In this document: one piece after another, positions 26,811-39,867 of the stretch
Numbering within the stretch: position 1 is the stretch's first letter
Layout: each line of letters starts with the position of its first letter
Assembly (NCBI GenBank): GCA_964035545.1
Contig: OZ037766.1
Location: 1,426,001-1,490,000, forward strand
DNA length: 64,000 nt
Direction of reading: 5' to 3'
DNA from: Bugula neritina
Lineage: Eukaryota; Animalia; Bryozoa
The notes under the pieces: model-generated
Seen by the model: the letters and a program-made list of their open reading frames with translations, nothing else
Told to the model about the DNA's origin: nothing
The model's database searches: none
Position numbers and translations under genes: made by a program

Positions 26811-29691
26811 ATGGTAAGATTTCTCCTATAAATATCACTGTGACGCTGACTCAGACTGTAGCCATGCCCATAGCCCATAGGCCTAGGGCATAGGCCAAAA
26901 TCGATAATCATAATCACAATGATTATCTTAAAATTCAAATTGAATAAAAATTAAAACTACTAAATAATATAACTATTAGTTTTATGGAAACTTCAGCTTA
27001 CTTTCTTGTATATGCGTGTCTGACTTTTGAATTTTAGATAAGTTTCTGTTGTTTGATAAAAGAATAAGTTTAAGAAACATGGATCGATTTAAATTGACTT
27101 AGACTCAGACTAGATGTCACTCACAGTTATTGCTGTTGCTAGAGAACCGACCTATATTAATATTTTTGTGGTTTATGTAACTGGCAAATTTTAACACGAT
27201 TTTGTTGTATATTACTGATTCATCAAAAATCTCAATTTAATTTAGTTTGAGTTCATGCAGTCTCACTGTGTGTAATCATTTAGATATTTTACTGTTCCTG
27301 CAATTATACAAATATGATGAATAAAAGTGTGTTATATATTTATATTATTGCAATCATAAAGACCATGTTTTCAGGGTTGAGGTGTAGTTTTCAGTATTGT
27401 TTTCTAATGTTCTAACTTGCTTTTTATTATTTCAGGGTTTATTGGCGCTGCTTAAAAAACTGAAGTCTACTCCAGATAAAGAGCTACGGATCTTGCTTTT
27501 AGGTTTAGATAATGCAGGAAAAACTACTTTACTCAAATCTTTAGCATCAGAAGATGTTAGTCATATTACCCCCACTCAGGTTAGATTATTTTGCTTTAAT
27601 TTATTTATGTTTGTACTATACTGTGATATATTACATGCTAATTGTGATGCGGGTTTAAACTTCTGCTTCAACAATTTACACTATCTTGTTTGTAAAAAAC
27701 ACTATATTCTGTCGCCTAGCAATATTGTGTTATTTAAAAAATGCAAAATCTAATCAAAATGGTGCTTGTGTAAACTGTGAATATTATTCTAAAACAGACA
27801 TCAGTATTTTTTGTCAGTCATTTAACTTGATATAATGAGTTTGCAGAGTTTAGTTTTCTGGTGACCATATCTTCATGGCCACCACCAACAGACTAGAGTA
27901 TACTTACAAGTGTGACCTGACACTGACACTGACACTCACACATTGGTCTGCACAGCCACAGGCACTGCTGTTCAGCATAATCATAGGGTGCATTCCATGG
28001 TCGAATCAACCGGCAGAGGCCAAATTCAATTTAATCTTCATGATTAGTACAGTCAGTTTCTAGTTTTTTAATTTAACTAAAATAACTGGAAGGGTGGTCA
28101 AACTATGTATAACTATAAAGCAGGATGTGTATAACTATAAGGCAGGATGTGTATAACTATAAGACAAAGTATGTATAACTATAAGACAGGATGTGTATAA
28201 CTATAAGACAGGGTGTGTATAACTTTAAGGCAGGGTATGTATGTTGCAGGGTTTCAATATTAAAAGTGTGAACTCATCTGGCTTTAAACTAAATGTTTGG
28301 GATATTGGAGGACAGAGAAAGATTAGACCATACTGGAGGAACTACTTTGAGAGAACTGATGTGCTGGTAAGAATTGTCCCTCTCTTTTCTATTTTTAATA
28401 ATTCTCACTGAACCTATCTCGTAGACTGTCAGGTTTATTATTATTTCATAGAATCTTATCCAATGTCCCTGATAAGCAGTTTATAATTAAAAATATTCAG
28501 TAATTTCTATGTTTTATAATAAAAACATGCTACTATTCCAATATTAATTACTATATATATAACATAGCATAATAAATGTTTGCTAGATTAACACTAAAAT
28601 CTAAATACTAAATCATCACTATTTGCAGAGTTTATACTAATAACTATACTATTGCTGTTTGCCAAATTTATACTAATTATTATACCATGTTGCTTGTAGA
28701 TTTATGTAATTGACAGTTCAGACAGAAAGAGATTTGATGAGACTGGACTGGTATGTATGACACAGTAGAATGCATCATCAGGTAGATGTGGAATGGAAAT
28801 AAATTTGTAAAAAGTTTAGAAGAAACACTCCGCAGAGTACAATAATGGTGCTGTTGATTATCAACAGCACCATTATTGTTTTTTAAGCAACATAGTGTAA
28901 GAATCTGCCAGAAATAAAAAACTAGCAAGTTTCTATAAAAGCAATATTGAAGCTTACATAATGAATAATCCCTTAACACCTTAACCTGTCTTCCCATGTC
29001 ATGAAACTGATTTCCCTGATGCTAATATATCTATCATGTTAGACAGCCATAGTAATGACATAAAAGGGTATTCAACTTTAAGCGTTGAGGTGAATGTCTA
29101 CACAAGTTGATGTAATATTAGCCTGTGATCCTAATGCACAGGAACTGAGTGAGCTGCTAGAGGAGGATAAGCTAGGTGGCGTCCCCATAATGGTGTTTGC
29201 CAACAAGCAAGATCTGTTTAACGCTGCACCAGCCACTGAGATAGCCGAGTCTTTAGAGCTCACTAATATCAGAGATCGGCCATGGCATATCCAAGCTTGC
29301 TCGGCCATGACAGGGGAGGGAGTGGAGGTAAGACAACTCTAGTTGTTGTAGTGTATATGCCACTTTCTTGACAGTGGATAAAAATGTATTATATTTGGTT
29401 TATAGCAGTTCAGTTTGAATAAAAATGGAATTCTTTTGTGAGAGGTGCATCTCCTCATGCTACTAAAACTGAATACTGCAATTTCAAGACCACTGCTTTA
29501 TGTATTCTGATAATACAAACTAGGTATCAAAAAATCATTTTTCAGTTTTCACTAATTTTTTTAGGTTTTATGAAATACTATTTTAGCCAGTATTTTGACT
29601 TGTCTATGTTCAAGTATTCCAATCCGTGTGTATTATTTTGCAGCAAGGTATTTCCTGGGCAATAGGCAAAGTTGGTGGGAAGAAACGGTGA
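26811..29691 (+). CDS. ARL3: ADP-ribosylation factor-like protein 3
   Basis: ATG|gt at 26811; exons 27436-27579, 28250-28366, 28700-28750, 29142-29327, 29644-29691. [75 protein letters not shown]. Confidence 0.96.
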
Positions 29692-31115
29692 ACACCAACA
29701 ACCTGGTAGTAACATACATATAACTATGTAGGCTTGGTTTATCTAGTTGTATTAATCATCATATTTTCATTTGAAATTATTGCAATATGAAGGTACAAAT
29801 TATTGCAAGCTAACATTGAGTTTTGTAAAGTGATTCAGTGTTTAAATTTTATTTTCTCGTACAATCATTAGTTTTTCTCTATTTTTGATTGATTATGGAT
29901 TTGTCTATATATGTTCTCAACATTATTAAAATGTAATCAGACCATAGCAATGTGGATATTCCTAAACTGTTTTATTTAATTTATAGTTTTTCTTATATTC
30001 ACAGCGTTGTCAATTTTGTGTTAATCATTGTTTTATGCAACTGGCTATACCGTCCCCTTACTCGATCTGTATATAATATGTAGTATACTGAACTCAATAG
30101 ATGCATTTGAACAGCATTTTGGTATTCTAGCTATGGAGTCCATATTGTAAAATTGTTTTAGCTGCACATTTCCCTTTACACAATACATTATTGTTGCAAT
30201 TAATTATATTTCCTTTGTGGCCCAATAAAGTTATGTTCAGTGACTTAAATTTCCGCTTGTTATAAAATAAATCTTTAGGTTGTTCAAAATCTTAATCTCT
30301 GTGACAGCACCTGATGGTAAGAGTTGTTTTCAAGTGGACTAATCACCTGTTTACTGTGACACAGGAGCGATGTGATTGGATGCCCTTCCTCATATTACCA
30401 ATAGGTCAACTTTGGTTCAGTACTCATGACCTGACCAGATCTCTATTCACAGTACTACTTCACATATACACACACACGCACACGCATTATACCATATCAA
30501 ATATATACTGTATACTCAATACATTCCTATTGCTTCGCATTATGCGAATGGATTTTCATGTTTGGGAAGAGCTGCATCGGATGAAACCGGAAACAGCCAT
30601 CACAAATCCACCCGTACGAGCATCTTACGATCTATTCCAAGCAATAGGAACGCAGTGAAAATGAACACCACAAGGTTCAAATCTAAGCAGGCCCATCGGT
30701 GATGTTAAGAGGGCATCATATCATAATCACTCCTGTGCCACAATAACTAAATTGACGTAAATGATGAAAGTTGTACATATAAATAATTATAAATAGAGAG
30801 GTTTATTAGACATTGAGAGTTAGAGGACACTTGTGTTGACAACAGTATTCACTGATATATGCACAACATATAAAAATATTAGGAGAAAATATAAGACACC
30901 TGGCCCATCTATTAACTTGTCACTTTGCGTACGAGTGGAGGAGTACATCGTTTAAATTATGTAAAGCTACTATTGAACACTTGTATTTGGGGCTACCGTC
31001 ACATCTCCAGTCAAAGCTCAAACTCTACCAAGTTTTTTGATTAGCAAAGGCAAAACATGCCACAACACATTGTGAAGTTATGTATCATTATGACGGAGTG
31101 AGTGAGTGAGCGTGC

Positions 31116-34100
31116 TCAGAGGAGCATCCTGTTGGGACATTCCAGAAGCTTCCTAAACTCAGCCAGCCATTGCGCTCCGACAGCTCCGTCTACAACTCTG
31201 TGGTCACAACTGAGCGTAACTGACATGACCTGAGCTGTCTTGTACCTACAGCAGTATAGTAATACATAGTATACGGTATAGTAATACATAGTATACAGTA
31301 TAGTATTAATACATAGTATACAGTATAGTAATACAGAGTATACAGTATAGTGATACAGAGTATACAGTATAGTAATACATATTATACAGTATAGCAATAC
31401 ATAGTATACAGTATAGTAATACATAGTATACAGTATAGTAATACAGAGTATACAGTATAGTAATACATAGTATACAGTATAGTTGTACAGAGTATACAGT
31501 ATAGTAGTACATAGTATACAGTATAGTAATACATAGTATATACAGTATAGTAATACATAGTATATACAGTATAGTAATACATAGTATACAGTATAGCAAT
31601 ACATAATATACAGTATAGTAATACATAGTATATACAGTATAGTAATACATAGTATATACAGTATAGTAATACATAGTATACAGTATAGTAATACATAGTA
31701 TACAGTATAGTTGTACAGAGTATACAGTATAGTAGTACATAGTATACAGTATAGTAATACATAATATACAGTATAGTAACGAACCCCTCGCGCGAATCTT
31801 CGTCCACCACAACACGTTTCTCTGTACCACCAACTGCCAGAATGCAAGCCTGTGGTGGGTTTATAATAGCTGTGAAGCTTTTCACGCCAAACATGCCCAA
31901 GTTGGAGATGGTGAAGGTGCCACCCTGAAAGGTTCAGCACTACGAGGTAACGATATACAACACAACATGTAACCCGCACTGTGTAGATTAACACTACTAT
32001 GGTAAGATAACAAAGACAATGCATTGTGAGATACCTGAAACTCGTGAGGTTGGAGACGACCTTCCCGCGCTTTGGCTGCCAGAGACGCAACTTCCGTGTT
32101 GATGGAAGCCAGACCCTGGAACAGCAGTTTCAATGTGTTACAGAGTTCCATTAGTCAGTGCAGTATAGTATGATGTAATATCAGCCTCGAGATATGCATA
32201 GTAGATAATATAATATATCTAGTATATAATATAATATATATAGTAGATAATATAACATATATAGTATATAATATAACATATATAGTATATAATATACTAT
32301 ATACTATATAGTATATAATATAATATATAGTATATAGTAGATAATATAATATATATAGTATATAATATAACATATATAGTATATAATGCCGGGCTTACCT
32401 TAGTCTCTGCCTTTGGTACAATAGGAGTTATCAGCCCACCATCTGTAGCCACGGCAACGCAGACGTCTACATTGTTGAATCTATAACATTAGTTGAACAC
32501 AAAATGAGTACACAATATGTGAGTACAAAGTAAATAATCAGGTGGCTCAGTAAACTCTACTGAAATGTAGAGTTTATAGTAATACAAGAGAATAAAAAAT
32601 GTACTCTTGCATTACTATATTCTCCGCACTTCTCTATTATTGTATTTTTAATTTATTGATTTTAAATGCACTGGTTTCTGCTAATTTCATTGCAGAAACG
32701 TAGGCTATGCATATGAGAGAAACGTAGGCTATACATATGAGAGAAACGTAGGCTATGCATATGAGAGAAACATAGGCTATGCGTATGAGAGAAACATAGG
32801 CTATGCATATGAGAGAAACGTAGGCTATACATATGAGAGAAACGTAGGCTATGCATATGAGAGAAACGTAGGCTATGCATATGAGAGAAACGTAGGCTAT
32901 GCATATGAGAGAAACGTAGGCTATACATATGAGAGAAACGTAGGCTATGCATATGAGAAAAACGTAGGCTATGCATATGAGAGAAACGTAGGCTATACAT
33001 ATGAGAGAAACGCAGGCTATGCATATGAGAGAAACGTAGGCTATGGATATGAGAGAAACGTAGGCTATGCATATGAGAGAAACGTAGGCTATGCATATGA
33101 GAGAAACGTAGGCTATGCATATGAGAGAAACGTAGGCTATACATATGAGAGAAACGTAGGCTATGCATATGAGAGAAACGTAGGCTATGCATATGAGAGA
33201 AACGTAGGCTATACATATGAGAGAAACGTAGGCTATACATATGAGAGAAACGTAGGCTATGCATATGAGAGAAACGTAGGCTATGCATATGAGAGAAACG
33301 TAGGCTATACATATGAGAGAAATAGATAGAGTCTTATATCAGAGCACATTGTTACCATTTATAAATAAACTTAGTAGAGAGACCTGGTAGAGAGACTTGC
33401 GATTTCTAACCAACATAGTGTACTGTAAACTGTGAATTCACATACACTATGACAGAGTGATGTACTTTTATACAGCAATTCATACGTTAATATCAACTTT
33501 TAGATATTACCTACACATATATTATATTACCTACACATATATTACATTACCTACACATATATTACATTACCTACACATATATTACATTACCTACACATAT
33601 ATTACATCACCTACACATATATTATATTACCTACACATATATTACATTACCTACACATATATTACATCACCTACACATATATTATATTACCTACACATAT
33701 ATTACATTACCTACACATATATTATATTACCTACACATATATTACATTACCTACACGTATATTACATTACCTACACATATATTACATTACCTACACGTAT
33801 ATTACATTACCTACACATATATTACATTACCTACACATATATTATATTACCTACACATATATTATATTACCTACACATATATTACATTACCTACACATAT
33901 ATTACATTACCTACACATATATTACATTACCTACACATATATTACATTACCTACACATATATTATATTACCTACACATATATTATATTACCTACACATAT
34001 ATTACATTACCTACACATATATTACATTACCTACACATATATTACATTACCTACACATATATTATATTACCTACACATATATTACATTACCTACACATAT

Positions 34101-37100
34101 ATTACATTACCTACACATATATTACATCACCTACACATATATTATATTACCTACACATATATTACATTACCTACACATATATTACATTACCTACACATAT
34201 ATTACATTACCTACACATATATTACATTACCTACACATATATTATATTACCTACACATATATTACATTACCTACACGCATGTATACACGACTCACTGTCT
34301 AATAAACGTATCCATCCACGCAGAGTTGGCAGCTGGCACCTTCTTGCAGGCCAATGCTGCAGCTTTGATCACAAAGTCATTTACGGAGAGCTTCACACCG
34401 TCTCCACTCAGCATGTCATTTAATTCAGATCTCAGTCTAAGAATAAAAGCGCCATATTGTACAGAATGCGAGGAGAGCTTCCTGACTTGTACAATTATAA
34501 TGTGTATTATACATCATATAATATTAATTATATAATATTAATTATATAATATTAATTATATAATGTAGAACATATTATATTTTATACAACATATAACATT
34601 TATTATACATAGAAACATATATATATTATTTTATATAATGTAAAATATATTATACAATACCCAACATAGATTATGTGATGCATAATATATATTCTAAATC
34701 ATATAATATATATTATACATTACATAATATATATACTACGCATCATATAATAATATACTACATCATATAATATAATATATACTATACATCATATAATATA
34801 TACTATACATCATATAATATATACTATACATAATATATAATATACATCACATAAAATGTATAAAATTGAGTAAAGGAAGACATACTTGATGATGCTATCC
34901 ATGTTGACATCTACTGTAAGATAATAGTGTGGGACATTCTGCTTGGACTCAGTCAACCTCTTCGCAATTGTCTACAACATAGAAAGAACGTTCTAGAATA
35001 TCTCAGGAGTGTGACACATGAGAGGTGTGTATGACAGGTGAGTGTGACAGGTGAGAGGAGTGTGACAAGTGAGAGGAGTGTGACAGGTGAAAGGAGTGTG
35101 ACAGGTGAGAGTAGTGTGACAGGTGAGAGGTGTGTGTGACACGTGAGAGGAGTGTGACAGGTGAGAGTGTGACAGGTGAAAGGAGTGTGACAGGTGAGAG
35201 TAGTGTGACAGGTGAGAGGTGTGTGTGACACGTGAGAGGAGTGTGACAGGTGAGAGTGTGACAGGTAAAGGAGTGTGACAGGTGAGAGGAGTGTGGGAGA
35301 GGAGTGACAGGTGAGAGAAGTGTGACAAGTGAAAGGAGTGTGACAGGTGAGAGGAGTGACACGTGAGAGAAGTGTGTGACACGTGAGAGGTGTGTGACAG
35401 GTGAGAGTAGTGTGACAGGTGAGAGGTGTGTGTGACACGTGAGAGTGTGACAGGTGAGAGTGTGACAGGTGAAAGGAGTGTGACAGGTGTGACAGGTGAG
35501 AGGAGTGTGACAGGCGAGAGGAGTGTGACAGGTGAGGGTGTGACACTCACCTTCCTCATGTTGCTGAGATCTAGGTCAGTATATGAGGCAGCAGTTGGGG
35601 CAGCAGTCACTGCAGGAGAAGGTTGGAGATTCTGGAGGTCTTGAGCTATGATTCTACCACCCGGGCCGGTGCCTACCACCCCCTACAATACATCATTTAA
35701 GAGAACTTTTGTCCTAGCTACAGAAAATACTTGACATAAATGGTAGCAAATTTAGTCCAACAAGTAACTGGCCAGTTTTTTATTAAATATGAAGAACTTT
35801 GCTTCAGTTGCAGAAGATATTTAGCCTTAGTTACAGAATCATGTAGCAACGTGAGTAAGTATGAGAAACTAACCGCTAGACTGAGTCCTTGCTCCGCTGC
35901 AAGACGCTTAGCGAGAGGGGAGGCAATCACCCTGCCCGCAGTTGACACCGGCGAAGGAGGAGGTGGCGGAGGTTGTGGAGTTGCGGGTCTCGCTGACGGA
36001 GCTGGTGGAGGGGCGGAGACTGGTTTAGGTGCCGGAGGAGGGGGCGGGGGTGAAGCTGACTCTGCGGCAGCAGGTGGGGGTGCTGCCGACTCAGATGGCT
36101 TGTAGTCTTTGAAGGCAGCAATAGCTGACTCTTCCTCTACCATAACGTACAGCGGCTACAAGACAAGAGAAGTTGGCTAGAGTCAGACTTGGGAATGTGA
36201 GTCGAGAACAAAGAGTTGTCAAGTTTAGACTTAGAATAACAAAGCAGCTACTGCAGAGTCAAGTTACAGTGTCTGTTGAACGGGCATTCCTTTCATACTA
36301 TAAAGGGGGGACAACTTCAAGTATGCACTGAGGAAGCTGGTTAATTGTACTTCTACACTGACTTTCAGACTGCTAAACACCTTTAAACCCACATCTAATT
36401 ACCAAATATTACTTATACTAAAAGATCACCATTCAGTGACCAGCTATTGTAGGGGCTTGTCAATTATGTCTACATTTTCCACTTTGCACTTTTTCGGCTT
36501 TAAACTCAACACAAGAAAACAAACTGATTTGTGAGAGCCAGTAGTTATCATAGACTTAGGTCCATACAGTTCCTATTGGGATGTCTTTGGTACCCTCCTG
36601 TATGAGTATCTTAGCCAGGAATCCTTCCTCTGAGGTGTCCAACACCATCGTAGACTTGTCTGTCTCGATCTCAGCGAGGGCGTCGCCCTCCATCATACTG
36701 TCTCCTGTGCACATGTAATACCAACTATATCAGCACAACAATATCTATCTCCTGTGCACATGCAATACCAACTATATCAGCAAAACAATATCTATCTCCT
36801 GTGCACATGTAATACCAACTATATCAGCACAACAATATCTATCTCCTGTGCACATGCAATACCAACTCTATCAGCACAACACGACATATAATCTGTTTTA
36901 CTCTTGTTTAATTAATTACCCACTACTTGTGAGTTGAGCGGAGAACATAAAGAACTTACTTGGTATAGATAGGCTTACGAAGGCAAACATGATGTGTGTG
37001 AAACTAAAACTTGAAGTTTTAATAAAATGAAAAAAACCTTGTTTTCTACACATAAGATCTTTTTACTATAAACTAAACTGAATAAAACAACAAATAGCAA

Positions 37101-39090
37101 TATTAATAATTATTTTCAATCCTTCTTGTGAGCTATCCACTGTAGTGTGGGAGAATGCAGATAAGCATTTAAAGCTAATAGTTAATTAGCTTTCACCTTT
37201 GTTCTATGTTTAGGCTATAAATTTAGTATTTCTTATTTTACAAACTAACATTAATTTTACATCAAATAAATCCTAAGAAATTTTCCAACTGTTTTATTAG
37301 GAGTTGTCCTCTACCTCAGGGACTAAACAGCAAGCACCTGCGGACCTGACTGATAATTATTATATAATCAAACACAAAGAGTAAATAAACCAGTCGATTA
37401 CTGACCTTCATTCTTCAACCAAGAGATTATAGTTCCAGTCTCCATAGTAGGTGAGAGGTTTGGCATCCCCACCACCTTGTGCTCTGGGAGATCACCTACA
37501 AGCATCAACAGCGTCAACAAGTGAATCTTATTACCTTCTGCTACACTCTTTGTGCTTGAGACTAAAAATGTTTAACTAACATATTGCTGTTTGTTTTTCA
37601 GAAATAAATTTTAACATGTATAAAAGCAAAAATTTCCAAAAATGGAAACACTAAGTTATAAAATATCATTACACAATGTATTTAATTTATAAGACATCCC
37701 CATTCACATATTAGAGACCTTGGACTGTGATAATGGTAAGTAGATCCAAATTGAGTCTCAAACTCTATGTCATATAGACAGAGCTAGGTAGCAGAAAACT
37801 ATCTATCAAACATATGAATGAATTAACTTCAAGAGTATTTTTGAGATTGTCATTAACACATCTTAATTATGCTTAACACACCTGAACAGTAATAGCGTTT
37901 GCTTGCATTTCTTTGAGTGCTCCTTTGCACAAACAGATCTGCTTTGAGTGTAGAAGTTGAAAATAGTTTATGATGTCTGCAACACATGAAAATTTACAAA
38001 AATACAACTTAAAAACATAAGATTCAACAGTCAGAAGTGTTTCAAACAAAGTTAAACAATAAACTACAGTTTACTTGGCCATAGCTTAATGTTGAACTTG
38101 GAATAAATATATAAACCCTAAAATTGTTATAAGTAGCACAGGGTGTGCTTATCAACTATTATAATCTTGCATATTAAAGATTTATACTATATATTACATA
38201 TTCTTATATTAAATATTTTAGAAAGATGAAAGCATTTTGATTTTTTAATAAATTCTTTCAACGAGTCTCTAATTTTGGTTGTTAATCAGTCACTAAACAA
38301 TTTGAAACATCAACAAAGTCAAATATAAACTAAAACGTAATATTTTTGCATGTTATATATTGTAACCTTTCAATATTTTACTCCAAGTCTGTGTATAACC
38401 TATAAGTATTCTAGCTGTAAGACCAATTCCAACGGCAACTGTTGTACGAAAAATTATGTTTAAATTAAAACATGTCACTGTCACAGTGTTAAGAGCAACA
38501 ACTAACTAAATCAGTTAATCATAATGATAATCATAATGAAAATGTAAATAATACTAATAGTAATAGTAATACCTACTGATGATATAAAAAGAAAAACATA
38601 TGAATTTCAAAAATTGATTACTGGAATATCAATATTGGCAATATCAATATGAAAATGAATACTAAATTCAATATGAACATCAATATGAACATGCACTAAA
38701 ATATTAATACTATTATTATAATTATTAATAATATTAATTATTAATTTTAAATTTATCAGACTTAGACTTAGAGTTAGAGTAGGCGTAACGGTTATGATTT
38801 ACTTTTACTTTCAATGATCAATCATTGCAAAGAGATAACGAGAAATTTTTTGTCCCACTTAGATATCTAATCAAACAATTAAAAAGTTGAAACCATATAA
38901 GTATAACTTTAGCTTACTTGATCATAAACGTCGAAGTTTCGTTGCCAGCCACTGCCAGTGATGAAAATAAATGGTCATAGTGATAGTTGCAGGCTAGGAC
39001 TGAACAACTTTGAAAATTTTGACATCTTGTGAGTCTGCGTGAATTAACCGCTATTGCTCCCAACCGGGATATTTTAGCAGCTCTGTGCAT
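31116..39090 (-). CDS. DLAT: Pyruvate dehydrogenase E2, dihydrolipoamide acetyltransferase (single lipoyl domain)
   Basis: Arg-rich transit peptide [11 protein letters not shown]...; [11 protein letters not shown]; lipoyl EIETDKS; Pro/Ala linker; [12 protein letters not shown] and GTGPGGRI E1/E3-binding domain; SKQNVPHYY; [14 protein letters not shown]; catalytic DHRVVDG. Confidence 0.95.
31252..31779. repeat. ~22-bp minisatellite filling the last DLAT intron (31246-31784)
   Basis: Unit CAGTATAGTAATACATAGTATA. Confidence 0.93.
32697..33320. repeat. 24-bp minisatellite
   Basis: Unit GAGAGAAACGTAGGCTATGCATAT, about 26 copies, mid-intron. Confidence 0.95.
33505..34278. repeat. 20-bp minisatellite next to DLAT donor at 34295
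   Basis: Unit ATTACCTACACATATATTAC, about 39 copies. Confidence 0.95.
35005..35545. repeat. Variable 15-20-bp minisatellite filling DLAT intron 34972-35550
   Basis: Core GTGTGACAGGTGAGA(GGA). Confidence 0.93.
36701..36881. repeat. 47-bp tandem repeat (4 copies) overlapping a DLAT acceptor
   Basis: TCTCCTGTGCACA... at 36701, 36748, 36795 and 36842. Confidence 0.9.
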
Positions 39091-39867
39091 ATCAACTTAT
39101 TTGTGTACAAAATTCGAATTGAATTTGATATAAATATAATTTTTATTTGCTACACAAACTCGTAATACCGGTGCCACAGGAAACTATGGATATGGGCATT
39201 AGGCATACTCGCTAAGAAGTAGTCATATCAAAAATATAATAGCCCCGTTAAAATAATAACTCATTTTAGTTTAGAGACGGTTACATACAGCTTCGAATTT
39301 GCTACTATTTACTTTAAAAACTTTGCCATTTTATTTACAAGTTTGCAAGCTGTAGAGGAGACAACTCTTTGTTGGTAACCGCAAGTTTGGACAAAACTTG
39401 ATGTTGGTTCACGCTAATAGCTCGTGACAAAATCATGTCACCACTGCTATAATTGAGAATAGCTGTTAGCTACTGGACAGTAAATATTAAATGTGCAAAA
39501 GACTTTGGCATGTTGTTTTATTTGAAAGTCAGCACATTTGCTGACCACCTGGTGGTGATAGAACTGTGCAATATAGCCAACTTGGGACTACTTTATTCTT
39601 AGTTTGAAAGCAGAGTAATAGTATTCTAGTTATTTTAACTTTAATACTTTACTATTTGTTAATTCTTGCTCCTATTATTTCTTTACAAATAATTGATTGA
39701 TGCCACATAAGAAACTGCCAAAACATGTAATATAGTTTTATTCTATAAATAAAAAACGGATTTTATTGTTTGTAATTTATTTAATGCCAGCATGAAATCC
39801 AAATTTTAAAATTATAACAAGTTTATTTACAAAATACATCAACCAATAGAAAGATAGAAAAATTACG

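Noticed and set aside
31306-35546. Long Tyr/His/Ser-rich ORFs in DLAT introns (and similar ones at 9812-10526, 20671, 52506, 57394, 62294)
   Set aside because: Stop-free frames of minisatellites lying between GT-AG-bounded exons.
36570-37495. Single lipoyl domain in DLAT
   Set aside because: One lipoyl domain is normal for many invertebrate and fungal E2 proteins.
39009-39025. ATG at 39025 as the DLAT start
   Set aside because: Hits TGA after 16 codons; the ATG at 39090 is in frame with the downstream exons.
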